From contig JAYODI010000010.1 of the NCBI GenBank assembly GCA_038279365.1, positions 1 to 34,751 on the forward strand: a stretch of DNA of 34,751 nucleotides, written 5' to 3'. The notes below the pieces were generated by a model that was not told the origin of the DNA, did not search any database, and saw only the letters and a list, made by a program, of their open reading frames with translations. The number at the start of each line of letters is the position of its first letter. The first letter of the stretch is position 1. The position numbers were made by a program, and so were the translations under genes. Of the stretch, positions 1 through 8,628 are shown one piece after another. Origin of the DNA: Candidatus Latescibacterota bacterium. GTDB lineage: Bacteria; Latescibacterota; UBA2968.

Positions 1-277
1 CCCTTCTGCCATCCGGTCTATCACTGACCCATCGCAGGGTTCTCAATACGCGCAATTGATGGCTCACGGCTGAATCGGTGCTGTCTAAAAGTGCGGCCAA
101 GTCCGAGACGCACATTTCTTGTTGAGCCAGGGTGTGAATGATTTTGAGGCGGTTGGGATTGCTCAGTACCTTAAATGTTTCGGCCAAGCCATTAACAATT
201 TTCTGTTCGGGCAATGCCCGCCGTGCTTGTTGGACTTTGGCATGGTCGATCATTTGTCCCGTTGTGGATTGTTCCAT
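1..277 (-). CDS. ArsR/SmtB-family metal-responsive transcriptional repressor (3' end runs off window)
   Basis: Not in ORF track. Manual translation from ATG at 277: MEQSTTGQMIDHAKVQQARRALPEQKIVNGLAETFKVLSNPNRLKIIHTLAQQEMCVSDLAALLDSTDSAVSHQLRVLRTLRWV.., with the ArsR/SmtB 'FKxLxxPxRLxI', 'EMCVxDL' and 'SAVSHQL' motifs; RBS AAAGGA upstream. Confidence 0.9.
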   Translation of the reverse strand, partial: MEQSTTGQMIDHAKVQQARRALPEQKIVNGLAETFKVLSNPNRLKIIHTLAQQEMCVSDLAALLDSTDSAVSHQLRVLRTLRWVSDRPDGRR

Positions 278-304
278 ATTAATTTGTCCTTTTAGTTTAA
301 TATG

Positions 305-318
305 TGAGCGATTTTTCA
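305..318. promoter_or_regulatory. SmtB/CzrA-type operator core (TGA-N8-TCA)
   Basis: TGAGCGATTTTTCA lies just downstream of the - strand promoter of the arsR-family gene; it overlaps the palindrome TTTTCAATTGAAAA (313-326). Confidence 0.55.
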
Positions 319-324
319 ATTGAA

Positions 325-353
325 AATGTAGTCTATTTATAAAAATAGGTCAA
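325..353 (-). promoter_or_regulatory. sigma70-type promoter of arsR-family gene
   Basis: On the - strand: TTGACC (353-348), 17 bp spacer, TACATT (330-325). Confidence 0.6.
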
Positions 354-362
354 GCAACAAAC

Positions 363-391
363 TTGACACAGGTATTCCGAATACATATATT
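363..391 (+). promoter_or_regulatory. sigma70-type promoter of tro operon
   Basis: TTGACA (363-368), 17 bp spacer, TATATT (386-391). Confidence 0.75.
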
Positions 392-406
392 TAGCCATAA
401 CTAAAT
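389..406. promoter_or_regulatory. DtxR/MntR-family operator
   Basis: Inverted repeat ATTTAG-ccataa-CTAAAT overlaps the -10/+1 region of the metal-uptake operon; extra TTTAG half-site at 412-416; a DtxR-family gene lies downstream of the operon. Confidence 0.7.
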
Positions 407-444
407 TTCAGTTTAGCTTTGTATTTTTAATGAGGAGTAGAACG

Positions 445-1356
445 ATGAAGCATTTATTTTGGGGGTTGGTTTGCCTCTTGGTATTCGTAGCCTGTGGGGC
501 GGGGCAAGATCAAAAAGGTGACGGTTTTCATGTGGTTTGTACCACGGGTATGATTGGCGATTTGGTTCAAAATATAGCAGGTGAACGGGCTAAGGTGGTT
601 TCGCTTATGGGGCCAGGTATTGACCCGCATTATTACAAAGCCACACAGGGCGATTTGGCTAAGCTGTCAACTGCAGATGTGATTTTTTATAATGGGTTGT
701 TTTTGGAAGGAAAGATGGAAGATATTTTTGAGAAAATGGCAAAGAGCAAAACGGTTGTTGCCGTTTCAAAGCATATTGATGAATCGCGTTTTCGACGACC
801 AAAAGGTGCCCAAGGTGAACACGATCCTCATATTTGGTTTGATGTTGCATTGTGGTCAGAAACAATCGATACGGTGGTGGACGTTTTGAGCAAAGCAGAT
901 CCTCAGGGAAAGGATCAATTTTTAAAAAATGGTGTGCGTTATAAAAAAGAATTGTTGGACCTCGATGCGTGGGTGAAGAAAGAAATTCTGACAATACCCA
1001 AACAGCAGCGGGTTTTAATTACGGCACACGATGCTTTTGGATATTTTGGATTGGCTTATGACATTGAAGTGCGTGGTTTACAGGGCATTTCTACCGTTGC
1101 AGAATACGGTGTAAATGATGTATCCCAATTGGTACAATTCATAGTTGATAACAAAGTAAAGGCTCTTTTTGTTGAAAGCAGCGTGCCCGAACGGTCTATT
1201 AATGCGGTGCGTGAAGGGTGCAAATCTCGTGGGTGGGATGTTGTTGTGGGCGGCACGTTGTATTCAGATGCAATGGGCGCAGTCGGTAGTGGCGCAGATA
1301 CCTATGTGGGAATGGTAAGAGCCAATGTCAATGCGATCGTAAAGGGGTTGCGATAA
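445..1356 (+). CDS. troA: Mn/Zn/Fe ABC transporter substrate-binding lipoprotein (TroA/MntA)
   Basis: Lipobox FVAC; GIDPHYY, DPHIWFD, TAHDAFGYF and SDAMG metal-ligand motifs. ATG 445 chosen because it follows RBS GAGGAG (track start 430). Confidence 0.95.
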   Translation: MKHLFWGLVCLLVFVACGAGQDQKGDGFHVVCTTGMIGDLVQNIAGERAKVVSLMGPGIDPHYYKATQGDLAKLSTADVIFYNGLFLEGKMEDIFEKMAKSKTVVAVSKHIDESRFRRPKGAQGEHDPHIWFDVALWSETIDTVVDVLSKADPQGKDQFLKNGVRYKKELLDLDAWVKKEILTIPKQQRVLITAHDAFGYFGLAYDIEVRGLQGISTVAEYGVNDVSQLVQFIVDNKVKALFVESSVPERSINAVREGCKSRGWDVVVGGTLYSDAMGAVGSGADTYVGMVRANVNAIVKGLR

Positions 1357-2144
1357 TGGCACACGCTATAGATGACGCGATTACGCCCATCCATATTCAC
1401 GACATGACGGTTGCTTACCATAAAAAGCCTGTTTTGTGGGATGTGGACTTGGCGGTTCCAGAGGGCAAATTGGTGGGCATTGTTGGGCCAAATGGTGCGG
1501 GTAAGAGCACGATGATCAAAGCCATTATGGATTTGGTGCCCAAGGCATCTGGGTGGGTACGCATATATGGCAAACCATTTGCGCGCATGAGACAGGCCAT
1601 TGGTTATGTGCCTCAAAGAGAATCGGTCGATTGGGATTTTCCCATTCGGGCATTAGATGTGGTATTGATGGGGCGTTATGGGCATGTGGGATGGTTGCGT
1701 CGCCCTGGTAAAACAGATCGCGAAATTGCTGAATCGGCTTTGGAAAAAGTGGGTATGGCAGATTATCGAGACCGGCAAATTAACCAACTGTCTGGTGGCC
1801 AACAACAACGTGTTTTTTTGGCACGTGCCTTGGCTCAAGATGCCCGTATTTATTTAATGGATGAACCTTTTGCTGGCGTAGATGCAGCAACGGAGCGTGC
1901 TATTATCGAAATTTTGATGGAATTGAGGGCACGCGATAAAACCATGTTGGTGGTGCATCACGATTTGCAAACCGTCAGTCAATATTTTGATTGGTTGGTT
2001 TTAATTAATATGCGGGTGGTTGCCGCAGGGGAAACGGCTACGGTGTTTAATGAAGAAAACCTAAATAAAACCTATGGTGGGCGTCTCACGGTGTTGTCTG
2101 AAGCAGCACAGGCCGTTGCCGATCATGAACGAGGTGTTTCCTGA
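1356..2144 (+). CDS. troB: Mn/Zn/Fe ABC transporter ATPase
   Basis: Walker A GPNGAGKST, signature LSGGQQQR, Walker B YLMDEP, GYVPQ; coupled by TAATG overlap. Confidence 0.95.
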   Translation: MAHAIDDAITPIHIHDMTVAYHKKPVLWDVDLAVPEGKLVGIVGPNGAGKSTMIKAIMDLVPKASGWVRIYGKPFARMRQAIGYVPQRESVDWDFPIRALDVVLMGRYGHVGWLRRPGKTDREIAESALEKVGMADYRDRQINQLSGGQQQRVFLARALAQDARIYLMDEPFAGVDAATERAIIEILMELRARDKTMLVVHHDLQTVSQYFDWLVLINMRVVAAGETATVFNEENLNKTYGGRLTVLSEAAQAVADHERGVS

Positions 2145-3448
2145 TGCCAATATGGGATTCCACATTTCAACTGGTTATGTTAGGGTCGGTATTGATCGGA
2201 TGTACCTCGGGGGTGCTTGGCACGTTTGCTGTGTTGAGAAAACGCAGTCTTTTGGGAGATGCATTGGCTCATGCGGCTTTGCCGGGTGTGGCATTGGCTT
2301 TTATGGCCACCCAAAGTAAAGCTTTGCCGGTGCTGTTATTTGGGGCAACGGTTTCGGGTGTTGTTGGTGTTTTGATTATCCAAGTCATTGTGAATCACAC
2401 GCGCATTAAGGCCGATGCGGCACTTGGAATTGTTCTCTCTGTTTTTTTTGGTGGCGGGATTGTGTTGTTGACACATATCCAGCAATCTGCAGTTGGCAAT
2501 CAAAGTGGTTTGGATAAGTTTCTTTTTGGACAGGCCGCGTCGATAGTTGCGTCCGATCTTTATGCGATGTGTGCCATGGTGGTGGTGGTTTTGTTATTGG
2601 TTGGGTTGTTTTTTAAAGAGTTTTCGGCACTAATTTTTGACCCGGGCTTTTTGGCTTCCATTGGATTTGCGCCGCGATGGGTTGATTTGTTGTTGATGTC
2701 TTTAATTGTACTTACGGTTATGGTCGGGTTGCAAGCTGTTGGGGTCATTCTTGTGGCCGCCATGTTGATTACGCCTGCTGTTTCAGCACGATTTTGGACG
2801 AATAACCTATCAAGAATGATTTTTATTTCTTCTTTTGTGGGAGGTATGTCGGGAGCGGCAGGTGCTTGGATTAGTGCAATGGCTCCCCGCATACCCACGG
2901 GGCCTGTGATGGTGTTGGTGGCAACGGGGGCGTTTGTTGTTTCGGCATTTGTGGCCCCACAGCGGGGGCTAATTGCCCGATGGCGTCGGTTGCGCAGCAA
3001 TCACTGGCGAGAAAATACACAGCATTTTTTACGTGCATGTGCCGAGTTGCAAGAGCAAGCCGGTAGTGATGTCCCGAAAATTGCTTTGACCGATTTGGCA
3101 CAGGCAATGCACGAACCGCTTTATCGGATGAGACGCTTGTCGCGCCATTTGGCGAAGAATGGTCAGGTGGTCATTGATAACGATCATATTCAACTGACCG
3201 AAAAAGGCTATCGCGATGGTGTCTTTGTACTAAAGTCACATCGTTTGTGGGAGTATTATTTGGTTTATCGTTCCATTTTGGGAGAAGATCATGTCGATCG
3301 CCCCGCAGATGAAGTGGAACACATTTTGACGCCCCGTATCATTGAGCGCTTAGAGCAGATATTGGTCGCTGAGAATATCGATGTAGAAAATGTGAGCAGT
3401 ATTCATAACACTGAAAGTGGTTTTCGCAAGGCGGGTCAAGATGCTTGA
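2144..3448 (+). CDS. troC: ABC-3 metal permease fused to C-terminal DtxR-like domain
   Basis: SLLGDALAHAALPG permease motif and multiple TM helices, then a soluble tail with LTEKG..SHRLWE..ADEVEHIL. Confidence 0.9.
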   Translation: MPIWDSTFQLVMLGSVLIGCTSGVLGTFAVLRKRSLLGDALAHAALPGVALAFMATQSKALPVLLFGATVSGVVGVLIIQVIVNHTRIKADAALGIVLSVFFGGGIVLLTHIQQSAVGNQSGLDKFLFGQAASIVASDLYAMCAMVVVVLLLVGLFFKEFSALIFDPGFLASIGFAPRWVDLLLMSLIVLTVMVGLQAVGVILVAAMLITPAVSARFWTNNLSRMIFISSFVGGMSGAAGAWISAMAPRIPTGPVMVLVATGAFVVSAFVAPQRGLIARWRRLRSNHWRENTQHFLRACAELQEQAGSDVPKIALTDLAQAMHEPLYRMRRLSRHLAKNGQVVIDNDHIQLTEKGYRDGVFVLKSHRLWEYYLVYRSILGEDHVDRPADEVEHILTPRIIERLEQILVAENIDVENVSSIHNTESGFRKAGQDA

Positions 3449-4718
3449 TGGCAGTTTTTGGATTATTCTGACAGGGGCTTTTGCTGGTGGAGCCTGTGGA
3501 TTATTGGGTGTGTTTTTGGTTTTGCGCAAAATGTCTTTATTGGGTGATGCGCTCAGCCATGCGGTTTTACCAGGTATTGCCATTGCGTTTTTGTTGTCTG
3601 GAAGCAGAGATATCGTTCCTATGTTTTTGGGGGCGGCAGTTTTTGGCGTGATTACCACGCTTTTGGTTGAAACTTTTCATAGGCGTTGGTACGTGCAAGA
3701 AGATGCTTCAATAGGTATTGCTTTTACGTCTTTGTTTGCGTTGGGTGTTGTTTTGATTTCTGCCTATGCTGGGCAAGTAGATTTGGATCAAGAGTGTGTT
3801 TTATATGGAGAGATTGCTTATACGCCGTGGGATCGTCTGTTTATTAATGGTCAAGATTGGGGGCCAAGACCGGTTTGGATTTTGGGTTTTGTTTTTTTCT
3901 TAGATTTGTTGTTTGTGGTTTTGTTTTATAAAGAACTCAAAATCACCTCATTTGACCCCGATATTGCCATCGCTGTTGGTATTCCTGCAACCCTCATGCA
4001 CTATTTGCTTATGAGTGGTGTCTCGTTAACGACTGTGGCTGCATTTGAATCGGTTGGGGCCATCTTGGTGGTGGCTATGCTCATCGTACCTGGTGCGGCG
4101 GCCTATTTGTGGAGCGATCGTTTGCCTGTTATTCTCTTCATGTCTACCCTTTTTGGCATCGTTTCTGCGGTGGGGGGATATTACCTTGCGGGTTTGTGGA
4201 ACTGTTCCATTGCTGGGGCGATGGTTCTTGTTGTTGGAGGCATATTTGCAGTTTCATTGGTGTTTGCACCGCAATATGGTTTGTTGGGGCGTGTCATTCG
4301 GCAAGGACGCTTGGGGGTTCGTGTTGCAAAAGATCATATCTTGTTGCGTTTGGTTCGTGCATCAGAAGACAAAGAAGATGCAACCGTACAAATTGCGGAT
4401 ATACTAGAAGGCGCTTTTGGTTCGCGCATGCGGTCTCGGATAGCATTGTGGTTATTGGCGCGGGAGGGGGCGGTTTTGGGGCAGGTGGGGCATTTGGCAT
4501 TAACAGAAACGGGTTTGGGCAAGGCCACCGATTTGTTGCGAAGCCACCGATTGTGGGAAACGTATTTTAGTCAATTGGGGGTACCTGAGGAACACTTGCA
4601 TCACCCTGCAGATGCATTGGAACATTTTACCAATGAGGGACTCCAACAGGAATTAGATGCGGAATTGCCAAATGTAGATACTGATCCACAGGGAAAACGC
4701 ATTCCCAAAAATATTTGA
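3441..4718 (+). CDS. troD: ABC-3 metal permease fused to C-terminal DtxR-like domain
   Basis: SLLGDALSHAVLPG, VDLDQECVLYGE, AFESVGAILV; tail LTETG..SHRLWE..ADALEHF..TDPQGKRIP. ATG 3441 overlaps the troC stop. Confidence 0.9.
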   Translation: MLDGSFWIILTGAFAGGACGLLGVFLVLRKMSLLGDALSHAVLPGIAIAFLLSGSRDIVPMFLGAAVFGVITTLLVETFHRRWYVQEDASIGIAFTSLFALGVVLISAYAGQVDLDQECVLYGEIAYTPWDRLFINGQDWGPRPVWILGFVFFLDLLFVVLFYKELKITSFDPDIAIAVGIPATLMHYLLMSGVSLTTVAAFESVGAILVVAMLIVPGAAAYLWSDRLPVILFMSTLFGIVSAVGGYYLAGLWNCSIAGAMVLVVGGIFAVSLVFAPQYGLLGRVIRQGRLGVRVAKDHILLRLVRASEDKEDATVQIADILEGAFGSRMRSRIALWLLAREGAVLGQVGHLALTETGLGKATDLLRSHRLWETYFSQLGVPEEHLHHPADALEHFTNEGLQQELDAELPNVDTDPQGKRIPKNI

Positions 4719-4730
4719 GATAGGTTGTGC

Positions 4731-4759
4731 TTGCCTCCTTTTGCACTTCGGTGTATAAT
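4731..4759 (+). promoter_or_regulatory. candidate sigma70 promoter for mntR
   Basis: TTGCCT, 17 bp spacer, TATAAT. Confidence 0.5.
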
Positions 4760-4901
4760 TTGACGTGTTCAGTTGTTATTTTGATAGGGGCTTTTTAGGG
4801 CCTTTTCTTTTGTGTTAAGACGCTTAGAACAATTGGTTCTCACCTTTTCGTTTTGAGGCGTTATAAAACTTGCTGGATTTAAGGCAAGGGATTTTTCCAT
4901 T

Positions 4902-5570
4902 ATGAAGATGATCAGTCAGGCCGCACAAGACTATCTTAAGGCCATCTATAAGCTTCTCAATGGCCGAAATGCTATGGTTTCTGTTAACACCTCTATGGTG
5001 GCAGAAAAAATGGATGTCGCGGCAGCATCTGCAACAAATATGGTTAAAAAATTGGCTGAAATGAAATTGGTCAAACACACGCCCTATCAAGGTGTGGAAT
5101 TAACGGATATGGGTGAGAAGGTTGCTCTAGAGGTTATCCGGCATCATCGCCTTTTAGAGTTGTATCTATCAGAAGTTTTGGGGTATGATTTAGATAAGGT
5201 TGATGCAGAAGCAGATCGTTTGGAGCATGTTATTTCAGAAGAGTTTGAAGATCGTATTGATGAAGTTTTGGGATATCCTACCGTTGATCCTCATGGCGCA
5301 CCTATTCCCAGCAAAGACGGTGAGATTGCTTTTGGGAACTATCGGCCGTTGTCAGAGGTTGAAGTGGGAGAGCGTGTTCAAATTCGGCAGGTGAGTGATC
5401 AAAGTGCCGAAATGTTGCGTTATATGGGGTCAATGGGTTTAAAGCCCAATGTGCAGGTTGAGGTAAAAGAACGTGCGCCCTTTAATGGACCTATGCAAAT
5501 TCAGGTAGAAGATGCCAATCAGTATTCATTGGGGCTAGAGGTTGCCAATCACATTTTTGTTACTCTGTAA
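4902..5570 (+). CDS. mntR: DtxR/MntR-family metal-dependent repressor with FeoA-like C-terminal domain
   Basis: QDYLKAIY, HTH ASATNMVKKL, PYQGVELT, RHHRLLE, EADRLEH, DPHGAPIP, and an SH3/FeoA-like C-terminus. Confidence 0.93.
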   Translation: MKMISQAAQDYLKAIYKLLNGRNAMVSVNTSMVAEKMDVAAASATNMVKKLAEMKLVKHTPYQGVELTDMGEKVALEVIRHHRLLELYLSEVLGYDLDKVDAEADRLEHVISEEFEDRIDEVLGYPTVDPHGAPIPSKDGEIAFGNYRPLSEVEVGERVQIRQVSDQSAEMLRYMGSMGLKPNVQVEVKERAPFNGPMQIQVEDANQYSLGLEVANHIFVTL

Positions 5571-5580
5571 AAGGTTTAAT

Positions 5581-7179
5581 ATGCAAAAACTGATGGTTAT
5601 TTTGTGTTTATTGGGCGGAACCGCGTTTGCTCAGGTTTCGCCTATTTTGTCTTTAGAAAGTGATCCTGCACTTGTTGATGTGGTACGTCGTGCCAGTGCC
5701 CATTTTCATCCCGATGGGTTTTTGCCTGGTATCCCAAATGACCTTGCTCGCGCCAGTTGTGGTACAATGGCGATTATGGGACTTCATTCCAATTGGGATA
5801 AACTTTCACCTGCAACCAAAACGACATTTTCACAAATGTTGCAACGGGCGCGCCCTACTCGAACGGCTTCAGCCAAGTCGAGCAGTGGGCATTTTGAGAT
5901 CCATTACAACACCACAGGCATTCATGCGGTTTCGCTTGTAGATGAAGACAACAATGGTATTCCTGATTATATAGATGAAACGATCAAAGCGTTCGATGCC
6001 TCTTGGAATCGTCAAATTGTAGAATTGGGGTATGAACCGCCACCTTCTGATGGGGATGGTGTTTATGATATTTACATCTCCAGCTTGGGAACGCAGTCGG
6101 TTTATGGATTTACCTGGCCATTGGGATCAGATACCGTGATTCCCAGTTATATCGAAGTGGACAATAATTTTACAGATGCCAATGTGTATTATACACAAGG
6201 GATTGAGGGTTTGAAAGTTACTGCTGCGCACGAATTTTTTCATGCCATTCAATTTGGATATTATGCCGATTTTGGTGCGGCCTGGTGGCAAGAACTGACG
6301 GCCACGTGGATGGAAGATGTGGTTTATCCTGAAATAGACGATTATTATGCGTATGTGCCCAGCCGAATGAATGACCCAGAGTCATCCGTTGATTATTTTC
6401 CAGCAGGAACGGCTTATCCTTTTGGTGGGGCCATTTTTGCGCATTACCTCGAACAGGTTTATGGTGTTGATGCTGTGCGTAATGTTTGGGCAACCTTAAA
6501 AAGTCGTGCACCCCAAACATATCGTTTAAGCGACATTGATGTGGGTATGCCCACGGGGGGATTGGGAAGTGTGTTTCCACGCTATGCACTGTGGAATTAT
6601 TTGACGAGTACGCGAGCACGTACTGGCTATTATTCAGAAGCATCTGACTTACCCTCTGTTAAATTCCGTGATTTGGGAGCCAGTGGCAGTGGATCGGGTT
6701 CGGCAACTGTGGATCATTTGAGCGCAACGTATATTCGTGTTGCAACGTCTGGGTTGTCGGGGGGGCTTCGGGGTTCATTTACATTGTCAACGGCTAATGC
6801 TGGCAGTGTTTTAGCTGTTTTGATCAGCAACAGTCGGGTGGAGTTGTTGTGGGCGCAATCGACCAATGTGGTGATTCCAAGTGTAAATCGGTTTCAAGAA
6901 GTTGTATTTGTGCCCATGGTAACGTCATTGACCCAAGACAATGTGCGTTTCACATATACCATTTCTTCTGGTGTCGGGAACAGTGTTGCATCTGACTTGG
7001 TCGCCGACTTTGACAGTGATGGCAACGTGAACTTTAATGATTTTTTAAGTTTTACCCAAGGGTTTGGTGTTGCCCCCAATGAGGCTGGGCACAATCCCCG
7101 CGCAGATTTGAATGGCGATGGCCCTGTAAATTTTCAAGATTTTCTCATTTTTGTGTCACACTTTGGTGATTCAAAGTAG
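5581..7179 (+). CDS. secreted zinc metallopeptidase-like protein (HExxH) with C-terminal dockerin-like/EF-hand repeats
   Basis: Signal peptide ending AFA; SCGT in a putative propeptide; AAHEFFHAIQ..WWQE; two C-terminal DxDxDGxVxFxDFLxF repeats. Confidence 0.75.
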   Translation: MQKLMVILCLLGGTAFAQVSPILSLESDPALVDVVRRASAHFHPDGFLPGIPNDLARASCGTMAIMGLHSNWDKLSPATKTTFSQMLQRARPTRTASAKSSSGHFEIHYNTTGIHAVSLVDEDNNGIPDYIDETIKAFDASWNRQIVELGYEPPPSDGDGVYDIYISSLGTQSVYGFTWPLGSDTVIPSYIEVDNNFTDANVYYTQGIEGLKVTAAHEFFHAIQFGYYADFGAAWWQELTATWMEDVVYPEIDDYYAYVPSRMNDPESSVDYFPAGTAYPFGGAIFAHYLEQVYGVDAVRNVWATLKSRAPQTYRLSDIDVGMPTGGLGSVFPRYALWNYLTSTRARTGYYSEASDLPSVKFRDLGASGSGSGSATVDHLSATYIRVATSGLSGGLRGSFTLSTANAGSVLAVLISNSRVELLWAQSTNVVIPSVNRFQEVVFVPMVTSLTQDNVRFTYTISSGVGNSVASDLVADFDSDGNVNFNDFLSFTQGFGVAPNEAGHNPRADLNGDGPVNFQDFLIFVSHFGDSK

Positions 7180-7194
7180 TTTTTATTCTATATT

Positions 7195-7230
7195 AAGACG
7201 GTCGGAATCGCGTTCCGACCGTTTTTTTTT
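7195..7230 (+). terminator. intrinsic terminator
   Basis: ACGGTCGGAA-tcgcg-TTCCGACCGT followed by a T run. Confidence 0.85.
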
Positions 7231-7315
7231 GTCAGTTTTGTAAAAAAGAGTGGGCGAAATTGGTCTGGTTGGGCGGTTTTTGTTATATTGGAGGGGTTGA
7301 AAAGGGAGGTTTCTT

Positions 7316-8092
7316 GTGATTGCATTGCGAACAGAACGCGAACTGGAACTTATGGTTGAGGCCAATCGCATTGTCGGTGAGGCACACCGTGCGTTGGCAC
7401 CATTGGTGAAGGCAGGCGTGAAAACAATCGAATTGGATGCTGTTGCCGAAGATGTGATTCGGTCCTATGGTGCTGAGCCAGCATTTAAGGGCTACCACGG
7501 GTATCCTGCAACGATTTGTATTTCGATCAATGAGCAGGTGGTGCATGGTATTCCGGGTGATCGTGTCTTGCAAGAAGGTGATATTGTTAGCATTGACATT
7601 GGATCGAAACACAGAGGCTATTATGGCGATCAGGCCATTACGCGCACTGTGGGTGAAATACCCGAGCAAGAACAAAAATTGTTGCGCGTTACCCGTGAGT
7701 CGTTGTTCAAAGGTATTGAAAAGGCAGTTGCGGGTGGGCGATTGGGAGATATTGGCGGGGCGATCCAAGATTGGGTGGAGACACACGGTTTTTCGGTGGT
7801 TCGCCAATTTGTCGGACATGGGATAGGTCGTAAATTACATGAAGACCCACCTGTGCCCAATTATGCCCCACCAGAGCGCAATCCACGTTTGCGCAAAGGC
7901 ATGGTTTTGGCCATTGAGCCCATGGTTAATTTGGGTGTGCCCGACGTGGTTGTTGCCAGTGATGGGTGGACGGCTTCAGCAACAGACGGTTTGCCATCTG
8001 CCCATTTTGAGCATGTCATTGCAATTACCCACGATGAGCCGCGCATTTTGACCATGATGGAAGAAGACATCCTCGCAGATGTCCATGTTTAG
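7316..8092 (+). CDS. map: methionine aminopeptidase type I
   Basis: CISINEQVVHGIP, GDIVSIDIG, GHGIG, LHEDP, AIEPM, SAHFEH; GTG start after GGGAGG. Confidence 0.97.
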   Translation: MIALRTERELELMVEANRIVGEAHRALAPLVKAGVKTIELDAVAEDVIRSYGAEPAFKGYHGYPATICISINEQVVHGIPGDRVLQEGDIVSIDIGSKHRGYYGDQAITRTVGEIPEQEQKLLRVTRESLFKGIEKAVAGGRLGDIGGAIQDWVETHGFSVVRQFVGHGIGRKLHEDPPVPNYAPPERNPRLRKGMVLAIEPMVNLGVPDVVVASDGWTASATDGLPSAHFEHVIAITHDEPRILTMMEEDILADVHV

Positions 8093-8105
8093 GAGGTGGG
8101 GAATT

Positions 8106-8627
8106 TTGAAACGTATTTTATATCTTTTTGTGTTTTGTGCATTGGGATGTCATCAAAATTATCAAGAAGGTGCCAATCCCGCGCCGATACCACCCCAGCA
8201 AGCCCAAATGCCAGCAGGGCACCCTCCTGCTTCTGCTGCTCCGGTTTCATCTGCTGAGAAATCCGCTGGAGAAGTCATTGTCATGGGCACGATTCAGATT
8301 GATCCTTCTGTTGCAGATCGTTTACCCAAAGAAGCTATTTTATACATTATGGCTCGTCCTGCACCCGTTGGCCCTCCATTGGCCATTAAGCGCTTGTCTA
8401 TTCCCGAATTTCCTTATAGTTATACAATTACCCAAGCAGATGCTGGAATGATGCCTGGGCAAGAAGTAGATCTGAAAAGTTTGGATGCGTTGTATTTGAG
8501 TGCAAAAATTGATCAAGATGGAAAAGTAGGGCCCGCTGAAGCAGGGGATATGGAAGGCACGTATGATGCAAACCCAGTGATGCCAGGCAACAAAGATGTC
8601 AATATCATAATTAATAAAGTGCACTAA
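8106..8627 (+). CDS. lipoprotein resembling the C-terminal domain of cytochrome c maturation factor CcmI/CycH
   Basis: TTG start after AGGAGG; lipobox ALGC; MPAGHPP linker; IMAR..PPLAIKRL..FP..MMPG..LSAKIDQDG pattern. Confidence 0.6.
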   Translation: MKRILYLFVFCALGCHQNYQEGANPAPIPPQQAQMPAGHPPASAAPVSSAEKSAGEVIVMGTIQIDPSVADRLPKEAILYIMARPAPVGPPLAIKRLSIPEFPYSYTITQADAGMMPGQEVDLKSLDALYLSAKIDQDGKVGPAEAGDMEGTYDANPVMPGNKDVNIIINKVH

Positions 8628-8628
8628 A

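Noticed and set aside
138-323. 61-aa + strand ORF
   Set aside because: Antisense to the clearly recognisable ArsR-family gene.
4719-4901. yybP-ykoY (Mn) riboswitch upstream of mntR
   Set aside because: No recognisable conserved core or stable multi-stem structure; T-rich sequence with a plain promoter.
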